Shown one piece after another: positions 8,946 through 18,515 of a stretch of 64,000 bases of DNA. The stretch is taken from NCBI GenBank assembly GCA_964626055.1, contig CAZVDF010000010.1, forward strand, positions 5,243 through 69,242, given 5' to 3'. A program made the position numbers and the translations under genes. Source of the stretch: an uncultured Leptospirales bacterium (GTDB lineage Bacteria; Spirochaetota; UBA4802; JAFGDQ01). The number at the start of each line of letters is the position of its first letter. Position 1 is the stretch's first letter. The notes under the pieces are model-generated. The model did no database searches, was not told the origin of the DNA, and saw only the letters and a program-made list of their open reading frames with translations.

Positions 8946-9236
8946 GAAGTCATCTCAAAATTATATTTCAATAGAAGACTTTAGTCAAGACTGATTTTTC
9001 AACGGCTTATCTCAGAAATAAGTACGACCCGATTAAAAAATATTATTTTATATGGACTATTTATGAAAAATCGAAATACATTACTAAATTTACTCCGGAA
9101 TCAGGCCTTCCTGGTTCATTTTTCTTATTTCAGAATGCTATTGCATCAGGCCCGAAAGGCGTCCTCATAAATTTAGTAATGTATTTCGATTTTTCAAACT
9201 ATAAAACCTAATTTTGAAATTACTTCTAATGTTTTC
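8946..9236 (+). repeat. family A element, copy 2 (inner hairpin 9065..9205; long left spacer)
   Basis: Outer termini GAAGTCATCTCAAAATT / AATTTTGAAATTACTTC. Inner stem GAAAAATCGAAATACATTACTAAATTTA and its complement. Subfamily-2 core (CTCCGGAATCAGGCC...CAGGCCCGAAAGGCGTCCTCAT). Confidence 0.8.
8960..8988 (-). promoter_or_regulatory. putative sigma70-type promoter of the SOR-like cassette
   Basis: On the minus strand, TTGACT (8988-8983), 17 nt, TATAAT (8965-8960). The -10 lies within the left outer terminus of family A copy 2. Confidence 0.55.
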
Positions 9237-9264
9237 TAAAAAATCAATATTTAAAAGAATATTT

Positions 9265-10749
9265 TTAAATATCCAGCTCCTTAAAAAATTCGGTGAAAAG
9301 ACGCACGCCGAAACCCGTAGCGTATTTCGGCCTGTATCCCCTTGCCTTTGAATTCCATGCCGTGCTCGCGATATCGATGTGAGCCCAGGGAACATCCTTG
9401 ACGAATTTTTTAATAAACGTTGCCCCTACAATCGTACCCGCGTTCCTGCCCTGGCCGACGTTCTTAACGTCCGCGATGTCGGATTTGATCAGATCTTCGT
9501 ACTCTTTATAAAGCGGCATGCGCCATATTCTCTCGCCGGTATCTTCGCCAGCTTTAAAAAGAGCTCCCGCGAGTTTATCGTCATTCGAGAGAAGCGCCGC
9601 AACCAGTTCGCCGAAGCAGACAAGGCACGCGCCCGTGAGCGTGGCGATGTCTATTATGGCGGACGGCTTCACGGTCTTTTCCGTGAAAGCAACGGCATCC
9701 GCGAGTATCAGCCTGCCCTCCGCATCGGTATTCCCGATCTCCACATTCCGTCCGTTATAGGCAGTAAAGACATCCCCTGCCCTGTATGCCGTATTTCCTA
9801 TCATGTTTTCGCATAACGGCATGACAGCCACAATATTCCTTCTTAGCTTTAACTCGGCCGCTGTCTTCAAAGCGTACATACAGGCCGCCGCGCCGGCCAT
9901 ATCGCTCCTCATATCCTCGATTGAGGAGGATGGCTTAAGATTCATGCCTCCGGAATCGAATGTAATTCCCTTGCCTATAATTGCGATCTGCTTATTGCTT
10001 CCCGGATTTCCGCTGTACTTCAGCACAACCAGTTGAGGGGGGTACTTGCTGCCTTTGCTTACTGCCAGGAATAACCCCATTTTAAATCTTCCAACATCTT
10101 TCTTACCGTAAACCCTGCATGTAACTCCTTTTAACGCGGAGAGGCTTTTTGCTTTTGCGGCAATTGCCACAGGGTTCGAGATTTCGCTGGATTCATTGAT
10201 AAGATCTCGGCAGAGAACCGTGTTCGCGCTTATAATTTCCGTCTCTTTTAAAATTTTTTCTATTCTGCCGGAATCCCTGCACAGGAAATACGCTTCTTTT
10301 GTCTTTTTTAAAGACTCGTCATCTTCTTCGTTAGGGGATTTGTATTTGTCGAAAACGTAATCCGAAAGCAGCAGACCTTCGGCAATAGCGGATGCTACGG
10401 GGATTTCACCGAGCTCTTTCAGCTCCGGCATAATAATATGAATACGTTCGATATTTTTGCTTTTACAGACCTTGACAACTGCGGCCGAATTCTCCCTTAA
10501 TGACTCTTTTGTAATTTTCGATCTTTTACCCATGCCGGCTAATATTATATTGGGAAATCCCTTAAAAGGAATGAACATTGTTTCCGAAGGCTTTCCCTTA
10601 AAAGACGAAATATCCGCTCTCTCTTTAATAAAGGACAGCTGGCCGGCAATTGCCTTATCGATTTCCTTTTTATATTCCTCAGTCAGGAATAATACAGCAA
10701 TATCGGTATTTTTAAAATTATATGCTCCGGATTTAACAACAAGTTTCAT
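9265..10749 (-). CDS. pepA: leucyl aminopeptidase (M17)
   Basis: 494 aa. NTDAEGRL motif (IGNTDAEGRLILADA) and M17 catalytic-domain pattern. Confidence 0.92.
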   Translation of the reverse strand: MKLVVKSGAYNFKNTDIAVLFLTEEYKKEIDKAIAGQLSFIKERADISSFKGKPSETMFIPFKGFPNIILAGMGKRSKITKESLRENSAAVVKVCKSKNIERIHIIMPELKELGEIPVASAIAEGLLLSDYVFDKYKSPNEEDDESLKKTKEAYFLCRDSGRIEKILKETEIISANTVLCRDLINESSEISNPVAIAAKAKSLSALKGVTCRVYGKKDVGRFKMGLFLAVSKGSKYPPQLVVLKYSGNPGSNKQIAIIGKGITFDSGGMNLKPSSSIEDMRSDMAGAAACMYALKTAAELKLRRNIVAVMPLCENMIGNTAYRAGDVFTAYNGRNVEIGNTDAEGRLILADAVAFTEKTVKPSAIIDIATLTGACLVCFGELVAALLSNDDKLAGALFKAGEDTGERIWRMPLYKEYEDLIKSDIADVKNVGQGRNAGTIVGATFIKKFVKDVPWAHIDIASTAWNSKARGYRPKYATGFGVRLFTEFFKELDI

Positions 10750-10859
10750 CCTCCGCTCCTTTTTTAAAGTGGTTACCGAATGTTGTGCTAAAATAACAGT
10801 CTGTTTAATAAATGTAAAGAAAATTTATTAATAGATTTTGAATGCTTAATAGATTATTA

Positions 10860-12992
10860 TTAATTTTTAACCACATCAAAATCGATTCTCATGGTCTCGT
10901 ACGATACTTCTTTCAGACGGACACGCAGCCTGTCGCCTATCCTGAATCTCCTTCCGAGCCTTCTGCCTGTTACGCTGTAATCGTCCTCTTTAACCAGGTA
11001 ATAATCGTCCGTGAGAAATCTGAGCGGTACCATGCCTTCTATTGGTTTGTCGATGAGTGATACAAAAAATCCAGCCTTTCCGATACCGCTTACGATTGCG
11101 TCAAATACGTCGCCGACTTTATCCTGCATATAGCGGCACGAGATTAGCTTAAAGAGATCGCGTTCAGCATTCTGGGCTATCCGCTCCATCTCCGAGCTCT
11201 GTTCGCCGATCAATTCAAGCTCTCCGGTCTCGTACGGAGCCGGGCTTTTATCGATCAGACTTTTAAGGCAGCGGTGAACCACCAGATCCGGGTATCTTCT
11301 TATCGGAGATGTAAAGTGAGTGTAGTCGGCGAATCCCAGACCGAAATGCCCGAGAGGATCCGCGCCGTAATATGCCTGCATGAAGGATTTCAGTATGAGA
11401 AAATTAACAACTTTCTCGTATTCCCTGCCCTTTACATTATCAATCACCTTTTGCAGGGCGAGCCCTATATTCTTTGTTTCTTTAAGCGTAATGCCGAGCG
11501 TCCTGAAAAAATTCTTCAGCGAAAGCAATTTTTCGTCGCTGATATTCTCATGCACTCTGTAAAGCGAAGGGATATTGTTTTCAGTGAGCGCTCTCGAAAC
11601 GGTTTCATTAGCGCTCAGCATGAATTCCTCTATTATCATATGGCTTCTGAGCCTTTCGGCAAACTCAATATCCTTCAGATCATCCCTGTCATATACGAGC
11701 TCATGATCCGGCAGATCCAGATCAACGCGCCCGCGCTTTAACCGGTTCTTTTTAAGCATGGAAGCCAGTTCGAACATTTGCCGCAGGACGCTCTGCGGAT
11801 CGCCGCATGTTGCATTTGTTCCGTCGTATTCGCCATCTATGGCTTTGTCTGCCGAAATATAGGTCATTCTTTTATCAACATTTATAATACCCCGATAGAA
11901 CCCGTGCCCGATATCATTGCCGTATTTATCAAATATAATTTCTGCCGACAGAGTGAGCCTGTCGACTCCTGCTTTTAAAGAACAAAGATCATTAGAGAGC
12001 ATTTCAGGGAGCATGGGAATAACCGAATTCCCCAGATAATAGCTCGTCCCTCTTTTAAAGGCCTCGCCGTCCAGCTCGCTTCCTTTTTTTACGAAGGACG
12101 AGACATCGGCAATGTGCACGTAAAGCGTAAAACCGTTCTCCGTCTTTTCAAGCGAGACCGCATCGTCAAAGTCTTTTGCCCTTTCGCCGTCTATTGTGAT
12201 CGTGAAAATATCCCTATAATTTTTTCTGCTCTGAATATCAGCGCGCATAATTTTATCAGCATGTTCAAGCTCGGCATATTCCTTATGAAGGCCGGGAAGA
12301 GAATGCTTGGCCATGATACGCCCGACATCGTATCTGTCAATTGAGGAAAAATATGTTACGACCTCACATAGCTGTTTGCCGGATATAAATTCATCAGTTA
12401 AGCGGACAATGGCAAATTCCGCGTCTGCTACGGCATTACTATTCCTGCCTTCAGCGAGCCCGGCGCAGGCATCCATTTCGCTGTAAACATCAACAAGTTT
12501 AAAATGAACATATCTGCTGTTTTTTTGCGTTACTTTTGCAAAGTATTCGTCTTTTTTGCGTTCCAGAATGCGCGTAATTTTTCCGAATAATTCCCCATCC
12601 GCATAATCAACGAATACCGCTTCAGCTTTATCGTTATTACGAGCTTTATTTAAATCCTCTTTCCCTATTAAGATATCATCTCCGTCATCGGTTTTGAGTA
12701 TAGCGCTTCCGGTTGTATTTAATATCACCCTGCCGGTTAATTTAAAACCGCGATTTCTATAATATTCTTTTCTCTTTTTATTAAGAAAACCGGCATAAGC
12801 CAGAGCCCTGAGTATATCGCCGGTTTTTGATAATGCTGCGTTTTCTCCGGACGCGTCTTTTTTCTTCTTTTTACCTGCATTTGATCTTTTTCCTTTTGCA
12901 GGAGAAAATAAATCCCTGGCTATCCGGTGCGCGCTGAACGGCGGGTCATTTTCATAAACGTACGATATTATTTTTTTTGAAGATATTGACAT
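10860..12992 (-). CDS. rnr: ribonuclease R
   Basis: RNB-domain pattern and C-terminal S1 domain. ORF extends to 13013, but ATG at 12992 is preceded by GAGGA. Confidence 0.9.
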   Translation of the reverse strand: MSISSKKIISYVYENDPPFSAHRIARDLFSPAKGKRSNAGKKKKKDASGENAALSKTGDILRALAYAGFLNKKRKEYYRNRGFKLTGRVILNTTGSAILKTDDGDDILIGKEDLNKARNNDKAEAVFVDYADGELFGKITRILERKKDEYFAKVTQKNSRYVHFKLVDVYSEMDACAGLAEGRNSNAVADAEFAIVRLTDEFISGKQLCEVVTYFSSIDRYDVGRIMAKHSLPGLHKEYAELEHADKIMRADIQSRKNYRDIFTITIDGERAKDFDDAVSLEKTENGFTLYVHIADVSSFVKKGSELDGEAFKRGTSYYLGNSVIPMLPEMLSNDLCSLKAGVDRLTLSAEIIFDKYGNDIGHGFYRGIINVDKRMTYISADKAIDGEYDGTNATCGDPQSVLRQMFELASMLKKNRLKRGRVDLDLPDHELVYDRDDLKDIEFAERLRSHMIIEEFMLSANETVSRALTENNIPSLYRVHENISDEKLLSLKNFFRTLGITLKETKNIGLALQKVIDNVKGREYEKVVNFLILKSFMQAYYGADPLGHFGLGFADYTHFTSPIRRYPDLVVHRCLKSLIDKSPAPYETGELELIGEQSSEMERIAQNAERDLFKLISCRYMQDKVGDVFDAIVSGIGKAGFFVSLIDKPIEGMVPLRFLTDDYYLVKEDDYSVTGRRLGRRFRIGDRLRVRLKEVSYETMRIDFDVVKN

Positions 12993-13279
12993 TTTTCCTC
13001 TAAGAAACCGCATACTTCTAATAATTTTAAAAATTATCTTAAAACCGGTTTTTATTTAATATCCGGTGCTCCAGAAACTTAGAGCAACTATCTTGGTAAA
13101 TAAACATTGCAAATTAGTCATCCTTATTTTTTAATATTATAAAAATATTTAAATATTTAGTTTATCACATCCAATGATTTTCTTGACAGAAAATAAATCA
13201 GCCTTTTTATTAAGGCATAGCAATGCTGATTTTCGATTGCCGGTTTTTTATTTAAAATATTTTTTTATCCGCGGGATAT

Positions 13280-14011
13280 ATGCCTAAAAAAATATTACGG
13301 ATATTATATAAATTTTACGAATGGTTTATTTTTGTACCCCTTCTCGGATTATCCACGCTTATATTCGGGACCTCAGCGGCAATCCTGGCCATTATTGTAA
13401 ATCCGAATTTCGCCAGTCAGGTATGCGCGGTATCATGGGCACGCTTCATTTCATTTATAACTCCTGTGTTCGTAAAGGTAACGGGAAGAGAAAACCTGGA
13501 TAAAAATAAATCCTATATTATTGTTTCCAATCATCAGAGCCACTACGATATACTTACAGTTTACGGATGGCTTGGAGTCGATTTCAAATGGGTCATGAAA
13601 AAAGAACTGAGGAAAATACCGGCGCTGGGAATAGCGTGCGAAAAGATCGGACATATATTTATCGACAGATCAAATCCGGGGGCTGCAGTAGAATCTTTAA
13701 AGGAAGCAAAAGCCAAATTAACCGCCGGAACCTCGGTAATGTTCTTCCCCGAAGGGACAAGAAGCAAGGACGGTAAAATTGGACAATTTAAGAAAGGAGC
13801 GTTCAGAATGGCAGCCGATCTTGATTTGCCGCTTCTTCCTGTAACGATAAAAGGCACAAGAGAGATATTGCCGGCGGGAACATATAATCTATTTCCGGGG
13901 AAAGCGGAATTGATCATTCATAAACCTATCGAACCGTCAAATTACGGCAGCGCCGATATTGAAAATCTGATAGAAGAAACTAGACAGGCAATTATTTCGG
14001 GTATGGTATAA
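13280..14011 (+). CDS. plsC: 1-acyl-sn-glycerol-3-phosphate acyltransferase
   Basis: HX4D motif (NHQSHYD) and FPEGTRS motif. N-terminal TM helix. Confidence 0.85.
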   Translation: MPKKILRILYKFYEWFIFVPLLGLSTLIFGTSAAILAIIVNPNFASQVCAVSWARFISFITPVFVKVTGRENLDKNKSYIIVSNHQSHYDILTVYGWLGVDFKWVMKKELRKIPALGIACEKIGHIFIDRSNPGAAVESLKEAKAKLTAGTSVMFFPEGTRSKDGKIGQFKKGAFRMAADLDLPLLPVTIKGTREILPAGTYNLFPGKAELIIHKPIEPSNYGSADIENLIEETRQAIISGMV

Positions 14012-14146
14012 CGGATGGCCGGGCCTCAAAACCGCTGCGCAAAAAAAGCATGTTTTTTAATTGATTTATATTGATTATCCGGTATATTTATTGAATATGC
14101 CGTCTGCCGATCGGAAAATACATTTTAAAAATATCCGAGGACTATC

Positions 14147-16030
14147 ATGAAAGATTCTCTTTCCAGCTGGATTAAGATTTATCCGGAAAAATTCGTACCG
14201 GAAGAGGAGATTTTCCGTCACATTGGAAGAGGCTTTAAAATATTCATCAGCACTGGATGCGGCGAACCTGTCTACCTCGTAAGAGCGCTTGTCAGATATG
14301 TCGAGGAGCACCCCAAAGCCTTTGCCGATGCGGAAATTTTCCAGGTATGGACTCTCGGCATAGCAGTCTATACCGAAGAAAAATTCAATTATAATTTCAG
14401 GCACAACTCATTCTTTATAAGCGACAAATCAAGAGAATCTATCAATACGGGACTTGCCGATTATACGCCGATATTCCTCTCCCGCGTGCCCGATCTGCTG
14501 CGCAGAAAATACATCAAGTTCGACGCGGCACTTATACAGACATCCCTGCCCGACAGGAACGGGAACGTGAGTCTCGGCATAAGCGTCGATATCTGCAAAG
14601 CCGCAATAGAGAACGCAAGCCTTGTTATCGCCCAGATGAACCCCAGTATGCCGCGCGTGCACGGGGACACATTTATAAATATTAAAAATATTAATTATCT
14701 GATTCATCATGAAGAAAAGCTGCTTGAATATATGCCTACGGTTCCCAGCGAGATCGCGCAGCAGACGGGGAAATACGTCTCCAAGATAGTAAACGACGGC
14801 GATACGATACAGATAGGTTACGGGAGCCTGCCGAACGCCATATTGCAGAATCTTAAAGATAAAAAAGACCTCGGCATTCACTCCGAGCTTCTGACCGACG
14901 CTGTCGTTGAGCTTATTAGGCTTGGCGTCATCAATAACTCGAAAAAAACCATAGATCGCGGTAAAACGGTGGCTTCATTTTGCATGGCTACCGAACAAAC
15001 CTACAGATATATAGACGATAATCCCGAAATGGACTTCAGGACAATCGATTATACGAATGATCCGCTGGTGATTTCCCGCATTCACAACATGGTTGCGATC
15101 AATTCCGCGCTTGAGATAGATCTCACAGGGCAGGCAAGCGTTGAATCCATAAACGGCAAATTTTACAGCGGCATAGGAGGCAACGCCGATTTCATGCGCG
15201 GCGCAATACTCGCTCCCGGCGGGAAGACAATACTCGCAATAGAATCGACAGCCAGAAACGGACAGATTTCGCGCATCGTGCCTTCTCTTCAAAACGGCAC
15301 AGGCGTAACGCTTAACAGGGGCGACATATTTTATGTAGTGACGGAATACGGCATTGCATATCTCCACGGTAAAAACATACGCGAGCGCGCAATGGACCTG
15401 ATCGCCATCGCTCATCCGAAATTCAGAAGCCGGCTCATAGAAGAAGCGAAAAAATTGAACATCATTTACAAAGACCAGGCATATATTTCAGGCAAGAACG
15501 CCGAGTATCCGGAATATCTTGAAGAATACAGGACAATGAGAAGCGGCCTTATACTGTGGTTCAGGCCCGTCCGCATCAACGATGAAAGCCTGGTCAAGGA
15601 TTTCTTTTATTCACTCTCCGACCAGAGCCTTCAAAGACGATTCATGTCATTCAGGATAGACGTGCCTCATAAAGTAAGGCAGGAGTTCGTAGTAATCGAT
15701 TACACAAAAGAGCTGATCATACTTGCAACGACCATGCTTGAGCAAAAGGAACTCGTTGTGGGCATAGGCCAGATATCCAAGAACGAAAACACACTCTTTG
15801 CTGAAGTCGCCTTCGCCGTCAGGGACAACTATCAAAATCAGGGTATCGGATCAGAGCTCCTGGAGTACCTGACTATCATTGCAAAAAAAGAAGGTTTGCA
15901 TGGATTTACCGCTGAAGTACTGATGGAAAACCAGCCCATGCTCCATGTATTTGAAAAAATGGGCTTTAATATTCACCGGAAGCTCGAAGAAGGCGCTTAT
16001 AAGCTTATAATGAGATTTAATATTAATTAG
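14147..16030 (+). CDS. acetyl-CoA hydrolase/transferase-family domain fused to a C-terminal Pat-type GNAT acetyltransferase domain
   Basis: 627 aa. The N-terminal ~460 aa are CoA-transferase-like. The C-terminal ~155 aa (from about 15554) carry GNAT motif A, QNQGIGSELLEYL, in a Pat-like context. Confidence 0.8.
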   Translation: MKDSLSSWIKIYPEKFVPEEEIFRHIGRGFKIFISTGCGEPVYLVRALVRYVEEHPKAFADAEIFQVWTLGIAVYTEEKFNYNFRHNSFFISDKSRESINTGLADYTPIFLSRVPDLLRRKYIKFDAALIQTSLPDRNGNVSLGISVDICKAAIENASLVIAQMNPSMPRVHGDTFINIKNINYLIHHEEKLLEYMPTVPSEIAQQTGKYVSKIVNDGDTIQIGYGSLPNAILQNLKDKKDLGIHSELLTDAVVELIRLGVINNSKKTIDRGKTVASFCMATEQTYRYIDDNPEMDFRTIDYTNDPLVISRIHNMVAINSALEIDLTGQASVESINGKFYSGIGGNADFMRGAILAPGGKTILAIESTARNGQISRIVPSLQNGTGVTLNRGDIFYVVTEYGIAYLHGKNIRERAMDLIAIAHPKFRSRLIEEAKKLNIIYKDQAYISGKNAEYPEYLEEYRTMRSGLILWFRPVRINDESLVKDFFYSLSDQSLQRRFMSFRIDVPHKVRQEFVVIDYTKELIILATTMLEQKELVVGIGQISKNENTLFAEVAFAVRDNYQNQGIGSELLEYLTIIAKKEGLHGFTAEVLMENQPMLHVFEKMGFNIHRKLEEGAYKLIMRFNIN

Positions 16031-16048
16031 AAGCCATCTTAAAATTAT
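16030..16048 (+). repeat. solo family A left terminus
   Basis: GAAGCCATCTTAAAATTAT directly abuts the stop codon of the CoA-transferase/GNAT gene. No inner hairpin follows. Confidence 0.45.
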
Positions 16049-16198
16049 TTTTTTTATTTTCTTAATATTGACCTTAACAGTAATTTTTTTTAAAAATCCT
16101 TATTGCTTTTTTATAGACCATTTAAAAATATTGATTAATCCGGTCGCTACGAATATAATTATTTGTGGCGGGCATAAATCAGGCTACCGGAGAGTGAA

Positions 16199-18322
16199 AT
16201 GGGAATTAAAAATAAATATAACATAAAAAGTCTTTTCGAACCGGAAAGCATCGCGGTAATAGGCGCGTCGCAGGATAAACAGAAGATCGGCTATACCGTA
16301 TTCAACAACATAATCTCAGGCGGATACAAAGGCAGGGTTTTCCCCGTAAGCCCCAGAGGCGGCGAGATCGACGGCCATAAAGTTTTTAAGGATATAAGGG
16401 ATATTGAAGCACCTGTAGACTGCGCCTCTATAGTCATACCCGCAAAACTCGTAAAAGACGCGGTAACAAGCTGCGCCCTGAAAAAAGTCAAATTCATACA
16501 AATTATTACGTCAGGATTCTCGGAAATCGGGAACGTAAAAGAAGAAAAAGAAATTACCGCTATAGCAAGGGAGGCCGGGACGCGGATAGTGGGACCAAAC
16601 ATGTTCGGCCTTTACTCCAGAGCCGCCTCCCTCAACTCTACTTTTTCAGCTACCAGGATAAATCCGGGCAATGTTGCCATACTCACTCAGAGCGGGGCTC
16701 TCGGCATCGCGATGATAGGCAAAACTGCGGTCGCGAACATGGGACTTTCCGCGATCATATCAATCGGCAATAAATGCGATGTTGACGACGCCGATCTTTT
16801 GGAATACCTGATCGGAAACGAAGAAACAAAAGTGATTCTCATGTATATAGAGGGAGTTAAGAACGGCGAAAGGCTCATAGAGATCCTGAAGATGGCAACA
16901 GGGAAAAAGCCGGTAGTGGTAATTAAATCCGGCAAATCAAAGAGGGGTGCGCAGGCCGCCGCATCGCATACCGGATCGCTTGCCGGTTCCGATGCTATAT
17001 TCGACGCCGTCATGAAACAATGCGGAGTTCTCAGGGCGGAAGGCCTTGAAGAAGCTTTTAACTGGTGCAAGTTCCTGGCGTCAAGCCCGGCTCCGAAGAA
17101 CTTCCAGAGCGTAATAGTGACCAACGGCGGAGGTATCGGCGTAATGGCAACAGACGCATGCGAGAGATCAGGCGTTGCCCTATACGACGATCAGGCTTCA
17201 TTAAAAGCTGCATATGAGACAGTAACTCCGTCTTTCGGATCGACTAAAAATCCCATCGATATCACCGGCGGAGCGAACGCTGAAGACTATACGGCCGCTC
17301 TTACCGTCACAGCGAAAAATAAAGATATCGGATCAACCATCGGCCTTTACTGTGAAACTGCGGTATTTAACTCCGAAAACCTGACTAAAATGCTGTCGGA
17401 AACTTACGCAAAACACAGGGAACAAGGCAAACCGATCGCTTACGCTCTGGTCGGCGGGAAGCAGGTTGAAAACGCGATAACCTCCCTCAGGACGGACAGT
17501 GTTCCCGTCTTTAACGATGTTGAACAGGCTGTTTCCTGCATAGGCGCGCAATATAAATATTACAAATACATCGATGAAATATCCGACAGGATTGACGACT
17601 ATGATGTCAATGTAAACTCGATAAATAACATAATAGATGCCGCATTAAAGGAGGGACGGACTTTTCTCCTGGCAAATGAAGGCGCGGCGGTTATGAGGGC
17701 CGCGAATATCCGCATGCCTGAAAGCCGGATCGCGCGAAATATAGATGAGGCCGTAAGGTTTGCGGAAGAGATCGGATATCCGGCAGTAATGAAAGTCGTA
17801 TCGAAAGACATAGTTCACAAGAGCGACGTCGGCGGAGTAATGCTGGACCTCGACAATCGGAAAGAGATCGTGGATGCATACGAAGCCATAATGTATAGCT
17901 GCAAGTCGTACAATCCTAACGCCGTGATCGAGGGCATAGAGGTTGCGGAGATGGTTAAAAAAGGCGTTGAACTGATTGTAGGCGCAAGGCGCGACCAGTC
18001 GTTCGGACCGGTTGTCATGTGCGGGCTCGGCGGCATTTATGTCGAAGTGATGAAGGATATCTCGTTCAGGGCGCTGCCGTTGAACCGTAATATCGCCCTT
18101 TCCATGCTTGAAGAAGTACGGTCATATCCTTTGCTGCTCGGCGCAAGAGGAGAAGAAAAGAAAGACATCGAAGCGGTTATTGACACTATAATTAAAATCG
18201 GTTCCATTATTAAAAAATGCGAAAGGATCACAGACATTGAGATAAATCCGGTTGTTGTATATAATATAAGCAGCGGGCTCACAGCCGTTGACGCGAGGAT
18301 ATTGATAAGCAGGCAGAAATAA
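16199..18322 (+). CDS. ADP-forming acetyl-CoA synthetase (fused alpha/beta; acetate--CoA ligase family)
   Basis: 707 aa. CoA-binding N-terminus, conserved phosphohistidine segment AASHTGSLAGSD, C-terminal ATP-grasp. Confidence 0.85.
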   Translation: MGIKNKYNIKSLFEPESIAVIGASQDKQKIGYTVFNNIISGGYKGRVFPVSPRGGEIDGHKVFKDIRDIEAPVDCASIVIPAKLVKDAVTSCALKKVKFIQIITSGFSEIGNVKEEKEITAIAREAGTRIVGPNMFGLYSRAASLNSTFSATRINPGNVAILTQSGALGIAMIGKTAVANMGLSAIISIGNKCDVDDADLLEYLIGNEETKVILMYIEGVKNGERLIEILKMATGKKPVVVIKSGKSKRGAQAAASHTGSLAGSDAIFDAVMKQCGVLRAEGLEEAFNWCKFLASSPAPKNFQSVIVTNGGGIGVMATDACERSGVALYDDQASLKAAYETVTPSFGSTKNPIDITGGANAEDYTAALTVTAKNKDIGSTIGLYCETAVFNSENLTKMLSETYAKHREQGKPIAYALVGGKQVENAITSLRTDSVPVFNDVEQAVSCIGAQYKYYKYIDEISDRIDDYDVNVNSINNIIDAALKEGRTFLLANEGAAVMRAANIRMPESRIARNIDEAVRFAEEIGYPAVMKVVSKDIVHKSDVGGVMLDLDNRKEIVDAYEAIMYSCKSYNPNAVIEGIEVAEMVKKGVELIVGARRDQSFGPVVMCGLGGIYVEVMKDISFRALPLNRNIALSMLEEVRSYPLLLGARGEEKKDIEAVIDTIIKIGSIIKKCERITDIEINPVVVYNISSGLTAVDARILISRQK

Positions 18323-18515
18323 CCGTCATGTCCGGATTTATAAATTCGTCAGTATTCGGCGGATCCGGAAAATTGCTCTGATACGCTGGAATGGTTTTTT
18401 AAACTACGGATAATTTAATCCGGGCAGTCAGAAAAAATAAATTTTAGCTTCTTTCGCCTTCTCACGGAATGTCGGGGGGAGGGAGTTAGGGTTAAGGCAT
18501 AAAAGGGGGAAACCA

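Noticed and set aside
18461-18510. G-rich stretch GTCGGGGGGAGGGAGTTAGGGTTAAGG as another family C copy
   Set aside because: It shows only half-site-like similarity, and no complementary arm can form the hairpin. It overlaps the RBS region of the DRTGG gene.
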